From Fimbriimonadia bacterium (GTDB lineage Bacteria > Armatimonadota > Fimbriimonadia > Fimbriimonadales > JABRVX01): a stretch of DNA of 64,000 nucleotides. Below, piece by piece: positions 50,959 through 60,510 of this stretch. The notes beneath the pieces were generated by a model. The model worked only from the letters and a program-made list of their open reading frames with translations, ran no database searches and had not been told where the DNA came from. The stretch spans positions 91,390 to 155,389 of the forward strand of contig JBGPGO010000011.1 in assembly GCA_041483895.1 (NCBI GenBank), read 5' to 3'. The translations under genes and the position numbers were made by a program. Positions within the stretch are counted from its first letter, which is position 1, and each line of letters starts with the position of its first letter.

Positions 50959-51034
50959 TGGCGCGCCCGGAGGGATTCGAACCCCCGACCCCCTGATCCG
51001 AAGTCAGGTGCTCTATCCACTGAGCTACGGGCGC
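50959..51034 (-). tRNA. tRNA-Arg (anticodon TCG)
   Basis: GCGCCCGTAGCTCAGTGGATAGAGCACCTGACTTCGGATCAGGGGGTCGGGGGTTCGAATCCCTCCGGGCGCGCCA; full cloverleaf with encoded CCA. Confidence 0.97.
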
Positions 51035-51063
51035 GCGGAGGCATCTAATGTACCCCCAATCCT

Positions 51064-51334
51064 GTGCTGGGGTCTGGGCGCGTAGTACCTTGCAAAGCTC
51101 CGGCATGCGAGGACCCCAACACATCCTGCGTCCTCACGAGCAAAAAGTTGCAAAGCTTCACCTCGCGAGGACCCCGACACATCCACGCTCCCTAAACAAA
51201 CGGATTCCGTCAGAAGAACGTGTATGGTCCATTCAACTCTTGCCGTAGCTCCAGGCCAAATCGTCGGTGTCGTGTTGGGGTCTGGGGATATCGGAACTTC
51301 CAACGCTCTAGCAGGCGAGGACCCCAACACATCC
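51064..51334. repeat. REP-like repeat cluster
   Basis: GCGAGGACCCC(A/G)ACACATCC at 51107, 51165 and 51315; inverted partners GTG(C/T)TGGGGTCTGGG at 51064 and 51272. Confidence 0.75.
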
Positions 51335-51452
51335 ATCCGTCTCCGAGGATTCCAAGACTTACGAGTTCACGCGATCAGCCATCATGTGCCGGTGCGAAGG
51401 CGCCAAGGCGGAATCCCCGCAATAAGGCGATTCCGGCCGATTTCCTAGTGCG

Positions 51453-52976
51453 TTAGGTTGGCCCGCGGAGCGCTTCGGCTATCTCTGGAGGCGCGGTGGC
51501 AAGCACCTCCGGGCTAGGTGTCGCCCCCGCTGCGATCAGCCGACGCACCACGGATGGGTAATCGCCAGCCGCGTTCTTGCAATGCACCGCACCATGGATG
51601 CACCATCCGAGCGGGGTGCCGTCGTGCACGCCGTCCTTCACCTCCACCGGCGCACCGTGTTCCAGAAGAACAGAGACAATCGCGTCCCAGCCGTTCCAAC
51701 AGGCCCAGTGCAGTGCGGTTATCCCCTCTTCGTCTGTCGTACCGGCATCGAATCCCGCAACTAGCAGCGAGGAAACGGCCGCCGCGTTGCCATGCGAAGC
51801 CGCCTCCACAATAGCGGCCCTGTCCGCGGCGGTCAGACGGTCGGATAGCCCCGGATGCTCCGCGATCAGGCGCTTGGCGAGCTCACGGCCGCCAGATGCG
51901 CATGCGAACAGATACTGATCGGCGGGAAGCATTGTTGTATCCCCTCCGAAGGACTCCATCATCGCCATGATGTCGCTGCGTCCTTGGCGAGCGGACAATT
52001 GAAACGCCGTCTTGCCATCGGCCCGGCGAGCGTTCGGATCAGCGCCGTGCTCCAACATCATCTTCACTACCTCCGGCCCGTGCCCGACTCGCACCGCGCC
52101 ATGCAAAGCGGTCTCGTCCACCTTGTAACTCCGCGCGTTGGGGTCGGCGCCGTGTTCCAGCAGACAGCGAACTCCACTCATCGCTTCGTCGTAACCAACC
52201 GAGCCGGGACGGTAGCCCATCAGGAAGTAGAGCGGCGTGTTCCCCCACGGCTGGAACGGCCCTGTGAAATTGGCGCCGAACTCCACCAACAGATCCAACA
52301 TATCCGTCAGATTGTATTGTGCGGAATGGTAAACCGATTCGCCGTCGTCCACATTCGCGCCGCGCTCCAGCAAGAGGCGGGCCAGCGACGGGTTGCGGCC
52401 CTCGCATGTTGCGGCCCAAAGCGGCGGCAACTTGGCATCCGGCCAGTCGGGATCTCTGTAGTGCGCATTCGGATCGCCGCCGTTATCGAGGAGAATCCGA
52501 GCGCAATCGGTCACCCTGGCATCGTCGAATTTAGAGAACGACGCGTACAGGATTGGCTCGCTACTTTTGGGTCCGGTCGGCTTCGTGGCCTGGGACGGGT
52601 CGGCGGCAAGAATGCCTTTCAGGGCAACGCCATCGCCGGCGACGGCGGCAACAACGGCGGAGCGTCGCGGCAGGTCGGGATTGGCCGCTAGAATCTCTTC
52701 CGCCCGCCCCTGCCGGCCCTCGCATACGGCATCCAAGAACAGGTCAATGGGGTCTTCCCGCAGCGATTCCACATGCTTCTTGAGTTGCGGCCAGCTATCG
52801 AAACCGTATTCCCGCGCGATGACAAGCTGGGCTCCGGCGAGTTTGAAGGGCGCTTTGGCATAGGGAGCGGCGCGCGCAAGCGCATCCGGATCGTTCTTCT
52901 TAATGGCTTGGAGTAGCTGCTTCGCCTGGTTCTTCAGATGCTCCAGATTCGGCTGCTCCGGCAGTTCGCGAGTCAT
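51453..52976 (-). CDS. Ankyrin-repeat protein
   Basis: N-terminal LPEQPNLEHLKNQAKQLL..AQLVIAREYGFDSW; repeated TALH..A...G..LLEHGADPN. Confidence 0.92.
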   Translation of the reverse strand: MTRELPEQPNLEHLKNQAKQLLQAIKKNDPDALARAAPYAKAPFKLAGAQLVIAREYGFDSWPQLKKHVESLREDPIDLFLDAVCEGRQGRAEEILAANPDLPRRSAVVAAVAGDGVALKGILAADPSQATKPTGPKSSEPILYASFSKFDDARVTDCARILLDNGGDPNAHYRDPDWPDAKLPPLWAATCEGRNPSLARLLLERGANVDDGESVYHSAQYNLTDMLDLLVEFGANFTGPFQPWGNTPLYFLMGYRPGSVGYDEAMSGVRCLLEHGADPNARSYKVDETALHGAVRVGHGPEVVKMMLEHGADPNARRADGKTAFQLSARQGRSDIMAMMESFGGDTTMLPADQYLFACASGGRELAKRLIAEHPGLSDRLTAADRAAIVEAASHGNAAAVSSLLVAGFDAGTTDEEGITALHWACWNGWDAIVSVLLEHGAPVEVKDGVHDGTPLGWCIHGAVHCKNAAGDYPSVVRRLIAAGATPSPEVLATAPPEIAEALRGPT

Positions 52977-52989
52977 AAAAACCTCCATG

Positions 52990-53095
52990 CTTTCTCGCCC
53001 GCGGTCCGCGCATCGGGCTGCATAAAGGTTGTGTTGTAAGGACGATTGGTGGTGGGCTGTGCCCTTCCCGCGGACCCGGTTGCGCCCCTCCGCGC
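52990..53095 (-). promoter_or_regulatory. Candidate structured 5' leader RNA of the ankyrin gene
   Basis: 8-bp long-range stem GGTCCGCG/CGCGGACC enclosing a GGGC-ACA-GCCC hairpin, between TAGAAT (-10) and the GGAGG RBS. Confidence 0.4.
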
Positions 53096-53129
53096 AGATT
53101 CTATTATAACACGGATGTCATAATGGGCC

Positions 53130-54227
53130 ATGCCCCTCGTTATCGACGATATCCTCAGAGACCTGGTCGCGCGGGATGCCAGCGACCTGCATATCAAGGC
53201 CGGCAAGTCACCCGTCATGCGCATCCACGGCAACCTCATCGTGACCGACTATCCCGCGATGTCGGACCAAGAGACGGTCAACTTCCTGCACAGCATCCTT
53301 AACGAAGAGCGCAAGAAGACACTGGCGGAGTTTATGGAGTTGGACCTGTCCTATGAGGTGAAAGGCACGGCCCGTTTCCGTGTGAACATGTTCTGGCAAC
53401 GCGGCCACGCGGGCGCCGTCTTCCGAGTCATCCCCTTCCAAATCCGTACGATCGACGACCTGAGCCTGCCGGAAGTGTGCAAGAAGATCGCGCTTCTTCC
53501 CCGCGGCCTGGTTCTTGTCACGGGACCCACCGGGTCCGGAAAGTCCACTTCTCTTGCCGCGATGATCGATCACATTAATACCCATACCCGCTTGCATGTG
53601 ATGACCATCGAGGACCCGATCGAATACTGGCACCCGGACAAAAACAGCATTGTCAATCAGCGCGAGCTGCATGTCGACACGCACACATTTGCCGACGCGC
53701 TGCGACACGTGATGCGCCAGAACCCGGACGTGATCCTGGTCGGCGAGATGCGGGACCTCGAAACCATTTCCCTTGCCATCACCGCCGCGGAGACGGGGCA
53801 CTTGGTGTTCTCCACACTGCACACTGTGGACGCCGCGCAGACCATGGACCGAATCGTGGACGTGTTCAATCCCGACCAACAAGAACAGATACGCACGCAG
53901 CTTTCTGTAACCATACAAGCGGTCATCTCCCAAACGCTGCTTCCGAGAAAAGACATAACGGGTCGGATTGCCGCTTTCGAGGTGATGATTGCCACTCAGT
54001 CGATCCGAACCCTCATTCGCGATGGCAAGACGCCGCAGCTCTATCTCGACATCCAGACCGGCGTCGAGCACGGAATGCAGACCCTCGACAGTTCGCTGCT
54101 GAAACTGGTAGAGGAAGGCAAGGTGGACTTTGAGCTTGCGCTATCCAAGAGCTCCAATCCCCAGGACTTTTTGAAACGGGCCAGCATGCATGGGCTGGTA
54201 AAGGAGGCGCCCGGTGCAATCGCTTAA
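53130..54227 (+). CDS. pilT: Type IV pilus retraction ATPase
   Basis: ASDLH, GPTGSGKST, TIEDPIE, PDVILVGEMRD, AAETGHLVFSTLHT, GMQTLD. Confidence 0.95.
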   Translation: MPLVIDDILRDLVARDASDLHIKAGKSPVMRIHGNLIVTDYPAMSDQETVNFLHSILNEERKKTLAEFMELDLSYEVKGTARFRVNMFWQRGHAGAVFRVIPFQIRTIDDLSLPEVCKKIALLPRGLVLVTGPTGSGKSTSLAAMIDHINTHTRLHVMTIEDPIEYWHPDKNSIVNQRELHVDTHTFADALRHVMRQNPDVILVGEMRDLETISLAITAAETGHLVFSTLHTVDAAQTMDRIVDVFNPDQQEQIRTQLSVTIQAVISQTLLPRKDITGRIAAFEVMIATQSIRTLIRDGKTPQLYLDIQTGVEHGMQTLDSSLLKLVEEGKVDFELALSKSSNPQDFLKRASMHGLVKEAPGAIA

Positions 54228-55425
54228 AGACCTGCTCGAATTCACCGTCCGGTCTGAAGGCTCCGACCTTCATTTGAAGGCCGATTCCGTTCCATACGTC
54301 CGCATCTATGGCGATTTGCAACCCATCGGTAATGAGATTTACGCGCCGGAAAAAATTGAGGAGATGCTTCTTGAGGCGGTGGGTAGAGACGAATGGGAGA
54401 TGTTCAAACGAGACCTGGAATTGGACTTCGCGACAGATATCGCCGGCGTCGCCCGGTTCCGAGGAAACATCTATCAACAGCGCAATCGTGTGCAGGCGGC
54501 GTTTCGCGTAATTCCGCACCATATCACCACGCTGGAGGAATTGGCGGCCCCCCCGGTCTGCTGGGATTTCGCGTCACGTCCACGTGGATTTGTTTTGGTA
54601 ACTGGTCCGGCGGGTTCCGGGAAATCAACGACACAGGCGGCGATGATTGACTATATCAACAAGAACCGTACCGAGCACATAGTCACTGTCGAAGACCCGA
54701 TCGAATTTGTGCACGAGGATATCCGATCGCATATCAATCAGCGGGAAGTGTTGCATGACACGCTGACATTTGCTAACGCGCTGAAATTTGTGTTGCGGCA
54801 AGACCCAGACGTGATTCTGGTCGGAGAGATGCGGGACCTGGAAACCATACAGCTTGCCATAACCGCGGCGGAAACGGGCCACCTAGTATTCGGCACGCTG
54901 CACACGGTGGATGCGGTGCAGACCGTGGACCGCGTGATCGACGTGTTTCCCATGCACCAGCAGCAACAGATTCGCATGCAGCTATCTGTCAATATGGTAG
55001 GTGTTATCTCGCAGACGCTTGTGAAGCGCAAGGATGGCAAGGGACGCGTTGCGGCGTTCGAAATGCTGGTTGCATCGCCCGCCGTCCGCAATCTTATTCG
55101 AGAGAACAAGAGCTATCAGATCGGGTCCATCATTCAGACCGGCGCGAAGCAGGGAATGCAGACGCTCGATCAGTCGCTTGCCAAATTGGTCGGCGCGGGA
55201 TTGGTGACCGAACAGGATGCCGGGGCGAAAGCAAAGGACTTCGGTGAATTTCGACGGCTGCTCGTTGGGACCAAACCACCGGAGCCGAGCACGGCTCCAA
55301 CCGTCGCCAATCCATCCAGTTTGCAACAGGCTCCGCCGTCGGGCTACCAACAATCCCCCGGCGGCGTCCGCGGTCAGCCCAACCGCCCCCAGGTCGGAGG
55401 ATACAAACCGCCGGATCAAAAATAA
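54214..55425 (+). CDS. pilT: Second PilT/PilU-family ATPase
   Basis: Same motif set (GPAGSGKST, EDPIE, GEMRD, TLHT, AVRNLIRE). Confidence 0.92.
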   Translation: MQSLKDLLEFTVRSEGSDLHLKADSVPYVRIYGDLQPIGNEIYAPEKIEEMLLEAVGRDEWEMFKRDLELDFATDIAGVARFRGNIYQQRNRVQAAFRVIPHHITTLEELAAPPVCWDFASRPRGFVLVTGPAGSGKSTTQAAMIDYINKNRTEHIVTVEDPIEFVHEDIRSHINQREVLHDTLTFANALKFVLRQDPDVILVGEMRDLETIQLAITAAETGHLVFGTLHTVDAVQTVDRVIDVFPMHQQQQIRMQLSVNMVGVISQTLVKRKDGKGRVAAFEMLVASPAVRNLIRENKSYQIGSIIQTGAKQGMQTLDQSLAKLVGAGLVTEQDAGAKAKDFGEFRRLLVGTKPPEPSTAPTVANPSSLQQAPPSGYQQSPGGVRGQPNRPQVGGYKPPDQK

Positions 55426-55534
55426 TGGTGCCGCGGGTCCGTGTGCCGATATCTTTCCAAAAACCGACCACCCAAGGCCCGCGGAATCCAAGCACAACGC
55501 AACCACATTCGACGCCATCCTGTATCATGAAGGT

Positions 55535-55765
55535 ATGAAACGCTCGATATTTGAGTTGCGGTTAATGGTGGCGATAATGGTGGCACTCGCCACGCTGGTC
55601 GCTGCGGCCATCGCCGAATTTGGTGGATTCCTTCATCGGATCACCCAAAAGCCGGAACCGCCGCCACCGCAAGAACCACCAACCGCCGACGAGCCGGTCG
55701 CGGTCCCCACAGGGCCAACCGCGAAGTCGCCGGGCAAGAAAAAGAAACCACCCGCGCAAGATTAA
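55535..55765 (+). CDS. Small membrane-anchored Pro-rich protein
   Basis: MKRSIFELR plus one hydrophobic helix; TATCAT 6 nt upstream of the ATG. Confidence 0.5.
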   Translation: MKRSIFELRLMVAIMVALATLVAAAIAEFGGFLHRITQKPEPPPPQEPPTADEPVAVPTGPTAKSPGKKKKPPAQD

Positions 55766-55780
55766 CGGCAAAATCAATGA

Positions 55781-56440
55781 ATGCCGCTGCCACATATCCC
55801 ATATCGGCCCCTTGCCGTTGCGCAAGAACAGGGGCGCCAAAATCTCCTCGACGACCTCGCGCTGATGCGGTCACGCCGGAGCATCCGCAAATTCTCCGAC
55901 CGGCCGGTCCCCAAGCAGATGATCGAGACCGCCATCCGGATCGCCGCCACCGCCCCGTCCGGGGCGAACAGGCAGCCCTGGACCTTCGTCGCCATCAGCG
56001 ATCCGGCGACCAAGCGCCGCATCCGCGAAGAGGCCGAGGCCGCAGAAAAGGAGTTCTACGAAGAGCGCGCGCCGAAGGAGTGGCTGGAGGCCCTGGAGCC
56101 GCTCGGCACCGACTTCCACAAGGAGTATTTGGAGGTCGTCCCGTGGATCATCGTGGTGTTCCGGCGCGACGCGGACATCGTGAAGGGGGAACGGGTCAAA
56201 AACTATTACGTGCCGGAGTCGGTCGGCATCGCGGTCGGGTTTTTTATCCAGGCTCTGCATCACGCCGGCCTCTGCACTCTCACCCACACGCCCGCGCCGA
56301 TGACCTTCCTCCGCGAGATCTGCGGGCGGCCTCTCAACGAAAAACCCTTTTTATTGATGCCGGTCGGGTACGCGGCGGACGATTGCACCGTCCCGGATAT
56401 CACAAAGCTGCCGATTGAGACGGTGCTGCACTTCCTGTAG
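55781..56440 (+). CDS. Nitroreductase family protein (iodotyrosine deiodinase-like)
   Basis: RRSIRKFS, APSGANRQPW, IREEAEAAEKEFY, NYYVPESVGIA, LTHTP. Confidence 0.9.
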   Translation: MPLPHIPYRPLAVAQEQGRQNLLDDLALMRSRRSIRKFSDRPVPKQMIETAIRIAATAPSGANRQPWTFVAISDPATKRRIREEAEAAEKEFYEERAPKEWLEALEPLGTDFHKEYLEVVPWIIVVFRRDADIVKGERVKNYYVPESVGIAVGFFIQALHHAGLCTLTHTPAPMTFLREICGRPLNEKPFLLMPVGYAADDCTVPDITKLPIETVLHFL

Positions 56441-56633
56441 CCGTGGGTCCGCATGCCGATTGGATGAGAAGGCAGGATCCTAATGCCCACGGTGGAGGCG
56501 GACCACCTTGGGCCGCAAGTGGTCGCCATTTGATTGGGATTCCCATGCGGACCCAAGGCTACAGGGGCGGTATTCCACCACGGACCCGAGGCTACACGGG
56601 CAATCAAGCGAAAAATGTTGTATGATATGCGTG

Positions 56634-57293
56634 ATGAAGCGGAAGGGATTTACCCTGATCGAGTTGCTGGTGGTGATCGCAATCATCGCGATCTTGGCGG
56701 CCATCCTGTTCCCGGTCTTCGCGGCGGCCCGCGCCCGGGGAATGGCCACGGCCTGCATGAGCAACGTCCGCCAGCTTAACCTGGCGCTCCAGCTTTACGC
56801 CAGCGACCAGAACGACAAGCTGCCCGGATATGAATTTATGGAGCCGGCCGGTCGAGGCAACGACAACGATATGACGAAGGGCGCCGGGTATGGCTACATC
56901 AAATCGCGCGAGATTTTCCTTTGCCCAGTGGACCGAAAAGAACGGACGGGAAACAGGCGCGGCACGTTCAGCTACACCATCAATGCGTTTCTAGTCGGGC
57001 AGACGCCCTATGTCACGTGGCCCGAGCGCCCCGGGCAGCGGCTGAGCAAGTTCCAGGAGCCGGCCCGCACGCCGGCCTTTGTCGAGGAGCGCACGAAGGC
57101 GGAGGACCCGACCTACAATCAGGACCTCAACGATCCGGCCTTCATCTACATCGACCGCACGACGAGCAAGCATTTCGGCAAGGCCAACTGCTCCTATCTT
57201 GATTTCCACACGAAGCCGATCGAGGGCAATCTGCAGTGGAACATCGCGCGCAATCCCGACAACACCTTCGTCTTCTGCCCGCCATTGCAGTAG
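56634..57293 (+). CDS. Prepilin-type N-terminal cleavage/methylation protein (DUF1559-like)
   Basis: KGFTLIELLVVIAIIAILAAILFPVF..AR..C.SN; C-terminal H-X9-D(F)H variant. Confidence 0.92.
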   Translation: MKRKGFTLIELLVVIAIIAILAAILFPVFAAARARGMATACMSNVRQLNLALQLYASDQNDKLPGYEFMEPAGRGNDNDMTKGAGYGYIKSREIFLCPVDRKERTGNRRGTFSYTINAFLVGQTPYVTWPERPGQRLSKFQEPARTPAFVEERTKAEDPTYNQDLNDPAFIYIDRTTSKHFGKANCSYLDFHTKPIEGNLQWNIARNPDNTFVFCPPLQ

Positions 57294-57470
57294 TGTTGGG
57301 GTGAACCCAAACACAGTGGCAATATCTTCGGTTGTGTTGGGGTCCTCGCGTGCCGCAACCTAGGAAACGCGGACCAGCCCAGACCCCAACAGTTCGGGCA
57401 AGGCTTCTCGTGTTTGGGTCTTTGGTGTCGGAAATTGGTAGCGTTCGGCAGACGAGGACCCAAACACAGC
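57294..57470. repeat. REP-like repeat cluster, same family as 51064-51334
   Basis: GTGTTGGGGTCCTCGC...CCCAGACCCCAAC and GTGTTTGGGTC...GAGGACCCAAACAC between convergent genes. Confidence 0.7.
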
Positions 57471-57502
57471 GGAGTCGCTTCGCTCCTTCGGAATGACAGC
57501 GC

Positions 57503-58801
57503 CTAGAGTCGGTCCAAAATCAACGGGGGCGGGTCGACCTCGGTCGGCAAAATCTGAATTGCATCTCTAATTCGCCGGCCAGAATCGATGGCAACTTCCG
57601 GCGTGCGGGCATAGATGCGGGCGAGAGACATCCTTCGCTCGACGCGGTCGCCGACAGACACCGCCAGTTCCACTCCCACGGCCGGATCGACCTTGTCATC
57701 CTTTTCGCGCCGGCCCGCGCCGAGATCTAAGACAACTTCGCCGACGATCCGCGCGTCGATGCCGGCAATCCATCCGTCTGAATCCGAAGCAAGTTCGGTC
57801 GGGATTAGCGCGCGGAATGACGAAGCGCGGTCTACCAAACCGGGATCGGCGCCTTGTGCTTCCAGCAACCGGGCAAATCGCTCCTTTGCCGAACCGTCGG
57901 CCAGCCGCGCGTCTGCCAACTGCTTGCCTGCTTCGATATCTGGAGCAAGGCCGGCCAGCGCCAACGTTTCTCCCGCCAGCTCGATGCAAAGCTGTCGAAA
58001 TCGAGGCGGGCTGCAACCGTTATGCGTATCGATCGCCTCCGCCACCTCGAGTGCATTCCCGACCGCGTAGCCCAGCGGTGCGGACATGTCGGTGATCGTC
58101 GCGCCCATGGTGCGACCGGCCCCGCGCCCCACCCGAATCAGCGCAGCCGCCAGCTCCCGCGCCCGATTGATCGAAGTCATAAACGCCCCGCACCCGCACT
58201 TCACATCCAGCGAAATCACGTCCGCCCCGGCCGCCAGTTTCTTGGACATGATGCTGGCGGTAATCAAAGGAATGCTGTCGACCGTCGCCGTCACGTCCCG
58301 CAGCGCATAGACCAGCTTGTCCCCCGGCGCCATCCGCGACGACTGCGCCGCCAGGCAACAGCCCACTTTGCGCGCGACCGCCACCATCTCATCCGGCGAC
58401 AGTTCGGTTCGGAATCCGGGGATCGACTCCAGTTTGTCCACCGTCCCACCGGTAATCCCCAGCCCCCGTCCGGACATCTTGACGACGGTGCATCCGCAGG
58501 CGGCCAACAATGGGACCAAGACCATGCTCGTCTTGTCCCCGATCCCACCGGTCGAGTGCTTGTCCACGCGCGGCTCCGGAAGTGACGACAGGTCCAGCGT
58601 CTCGCCCCCAGCGGACAGAGCGTGGGTCAATGCAAGGGTCTCGGATTCAGAAAGACCGTTGATATAGGCCGCCATCAGCCAGGCGCTCACCTGGTAGTCG
58701 GCAACCTCCCCACGAACGTAGCCGGCAATCAGGCTCTCAATATCATCAGGGCCGTTCGCGTGGCCATCCCGTTTCGCCGCGATTACGTCGGTAGCTCTCA
58801 C
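57503..58801 (-). CDS. pdp: Pyrimidine-nucleoside/thymidine phosphorylase
   Basis: DKHSTGGIGDK, KMSGRGLG.TGGT.DKLESIPG, LRDVTATV, SIMSKK; likely GTG start at 58801. Confidence 0.95.
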   Translation of the reverse strand: MRATDVIAAKRDGHANGPDDIESLIAGYVRGEVADYQVSAWLMAAYINGLSESETLALTHALSAGGETLDLSSLPEPRVDKHSTGGIGDKTSMVLVPLLAACGCTVVKMSGRGLGITGGTVDKLESIPGFRTELSPDEMVAVARKVGCCLAAQSSRMAPGDKLVYALRDVTATVDSIPLITASIMSKKLAAGADVISLDVKCGCGAFMTSINRARELAAALIRVGRGAGRTMGATITDMSAPLGYAVGNALEVAEAIDTHNGCSPPRFRQLCIELAGETLALAGLAPDIEAGKQLADARLADGSAKERFARLLEAQGADPGLVDRASSFRALIPTELASDSDGWIAGIDARIVGEVVLDLGAGRREKDDKVDPAVGVELAVSVGDRVERRMSLARIYARTPEVAIDSGRRIRDAIQILPTEVDPPPLILDRL

Positions 58802-58898
58802 AAATGCCAGTTTAGCCCAGGAAGCGCGGCGGCGCCCAGTGAACCTATAATGCAAGTAAGCGTCTGATTGATTCGACTATTCGGAAGGGACGAAGCCC

Positions 58899-60347
58899 AT
58901 GGCGCTCAAGACAGAACGAGACAAGATTGCCCACCTGCTTCGGAGAGCCGGCCTTGGGGCCAGCAATGCCGAGGTTGAGTACTACACCAAAATGGGGCAT
59001 GACGGCGCAATCGACGCACTCATCGAATACGACAAGGTCGAGGACGACTTCACCCTCAATCCAGCCGATCTGATCAATAACAAGGGGCAGCTGCAGCCAC
59101 AGGTCGTTGCGGCATGGTGGATCGGGCGCATGATGGTAACGAAAAGGCCGCTGCAAGAGAAGATGGTTCTGTTCTGGCACGACCATTTCGCGACCAGCGC
59201 CGACAAGGTGAAGTCCGGCGTCCTGATGTATCAGCAGAACGAACTATTCCGACGCCTTGCATTGGCCGATTTCAAAACGATTCTTACCGAGGTTTCCAAA
59301 GACCCGGCGATGATCTTGTGGCTGGACACCAACACAAACGTGCGCGGAAAGCCAAACGAGAATTTTGCCCGCGAAGTGATGGAGCTGTTCACGCTTTCCA
59401 TCGGCCACTACACCGAGACCGACATCCAAGAAGCCGCACGGGCCTTCACCGGTTGGACCCTTGCCCGAGCGCCACGCCAGGCGCAAGTGCAGGATGGTCA
59501 GGTGGAAGAGGTCGAGTTTACGAAACGGCCTCGGCTCCACGACAACGGTACGAAAACGGTCCTTGGCAAGACCGGCAACTTCGACGGCGAGGACATCTGC
59601 AACCTCTTGGTAGAGAAGCCGGAAACCGCAACCTATCTTTGCACGAAGCTATGGACCTATTTCGCCTATCCTAAGCCGGACCAAGCGATTGTGGATCGGC
59701 TGACAGCGAAGTTCAAGGCGTCAAACTACAGCATCAAGACGGTCGTGAGAGAGATATTCAAGTCGAAGGAGTTCTATTCCGACAAAGCGGAACGGGCCAT
59801 ATACAAGTCCCCATCGGACTTTGTCATCGGCCTCTGCCGTTGTTTGGGCGTCGTCCAGGCAGCACAGGACGCGGGCGCCGACCGTCCCGCTCAGTGGCAG
59901 GGCGCCGTCGGAATCCTCCGGGTGTTTGGGCAGGCCATCAGCCGGATGGGGCAGTCGCTTCTCTATCCCCCTGACGTGTCGGGCTGGGACGGTGGCTCGG
60001 CATGGGTGAATTCCGCGACGATGATCGAACGGATCAAGTTTGCCGATCTTCTGTTCGGCAATGTGCGGGAGTCAGTCGGCAAGAACGCGAAGCGGCAGAT
60101 TCCAGTTCGTGGCATACCGGCGGCCCGCTTGTTTGGCGACAAAGAGTTTCGAAGTTCCCTGGAGGTGGTGGATCGCGCGCTGCAGGTGCTCGACGCCACT
60201 CTGCCCCCAGAGAAACGAACGTTGCTGGCGAAAACCGTCACGGACAACGGCGGCGTCGCGGCACTGAAGAATCCCGGCGAGGCGCAGCAGATCGCGCATG
60301 AGCTGTCGAAGCTGATCTTCGCCAGTCCGGAGTTTCAGTTCTGTTAG
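58899..60347 (+). CDS. DUF1800 family protein
   Basis: HLLRRAG, LQEKMVLFWHDHFATS, PNENFARE.MELFTL, PPDVSGW, SPEFQ. Confidence 0.92.
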   Translation: MALKTERDKIAHLLRRAGLGASNAEVEYYTKMGHDGAIDALIEYDKVEDDFTLNPADLINNKGQLQPQVVAAWWIGRMMVTKRPLQEKMVLFWHDHFATSADKVKSGVLMYQQNELFRRLALADFKTILTEVSKDPAMILWLDTNTNVRGKPNENFAREVMELFTLSIGHYTETDIQEAARAFTGWTLARAPRQAQVQDGQVEEVEFTKRPRLHDNGTKTVLGKTGNFDGEDICNLLVEKPETATYLCTKLWTYFAYPKPDQAIVDRLTAKFKASNYSIKTVVREIFKSKEFYSDKAERAIYKSPSDFVIGLCRCLGVVQAAQDAGADRPAQWQGAVGILRVFGQAISRMGQSLLYPPDVSGWDGGSAWVNSATMIERIKFADLLFGNVRESVGKNAKRQIPVRGIPAARLFGDKEFRSSLEVVDRALQVLDATLPPEKRTLLAKTVTDNGGVAALKNPGEAQQIAHELSKLIFASPEFQFC

Positions 60348-60412
60348 CGATGGGGCCCTTCACAGTGCGACTGTGAAGGTATAGATAGAACCTTCACAAG
60401 GTACAGATAGAG

Positions 60413-60492
60413 CCCTTCACAATAGGGATTATGAAGGGAGAGTGAGCGAGAACGAAGCGATCGCATCCCTTCATAATCCCTATTGTGAAGGG
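60413..60492. repeat. Perfect 27-bp inverted repeat
   Basis: CCCTTCACAATAGGGATTATGAAGGGA (60413-60439) and its exact reverse complement (60466-60492). Confidence 0.85.
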
Positions 60493-60510
60493 ACAAGTGA
60501 GGTAACGAAA

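Noticed and set aside
51064..51334. Repeats at 51107/51165/51315 as a mini-CRISPR
   Set aside because: Irregular spacing, inverted partners and a second dispersed cluster fit REP-like elements better.
53208..54071. Long antisense ORFs (for example 53208..54071, 7467..8363, 22083..22898, 29107..30000)
   Set aside because: They are shadows of well-supported genes on the opposite strand in GC-rich DNA.
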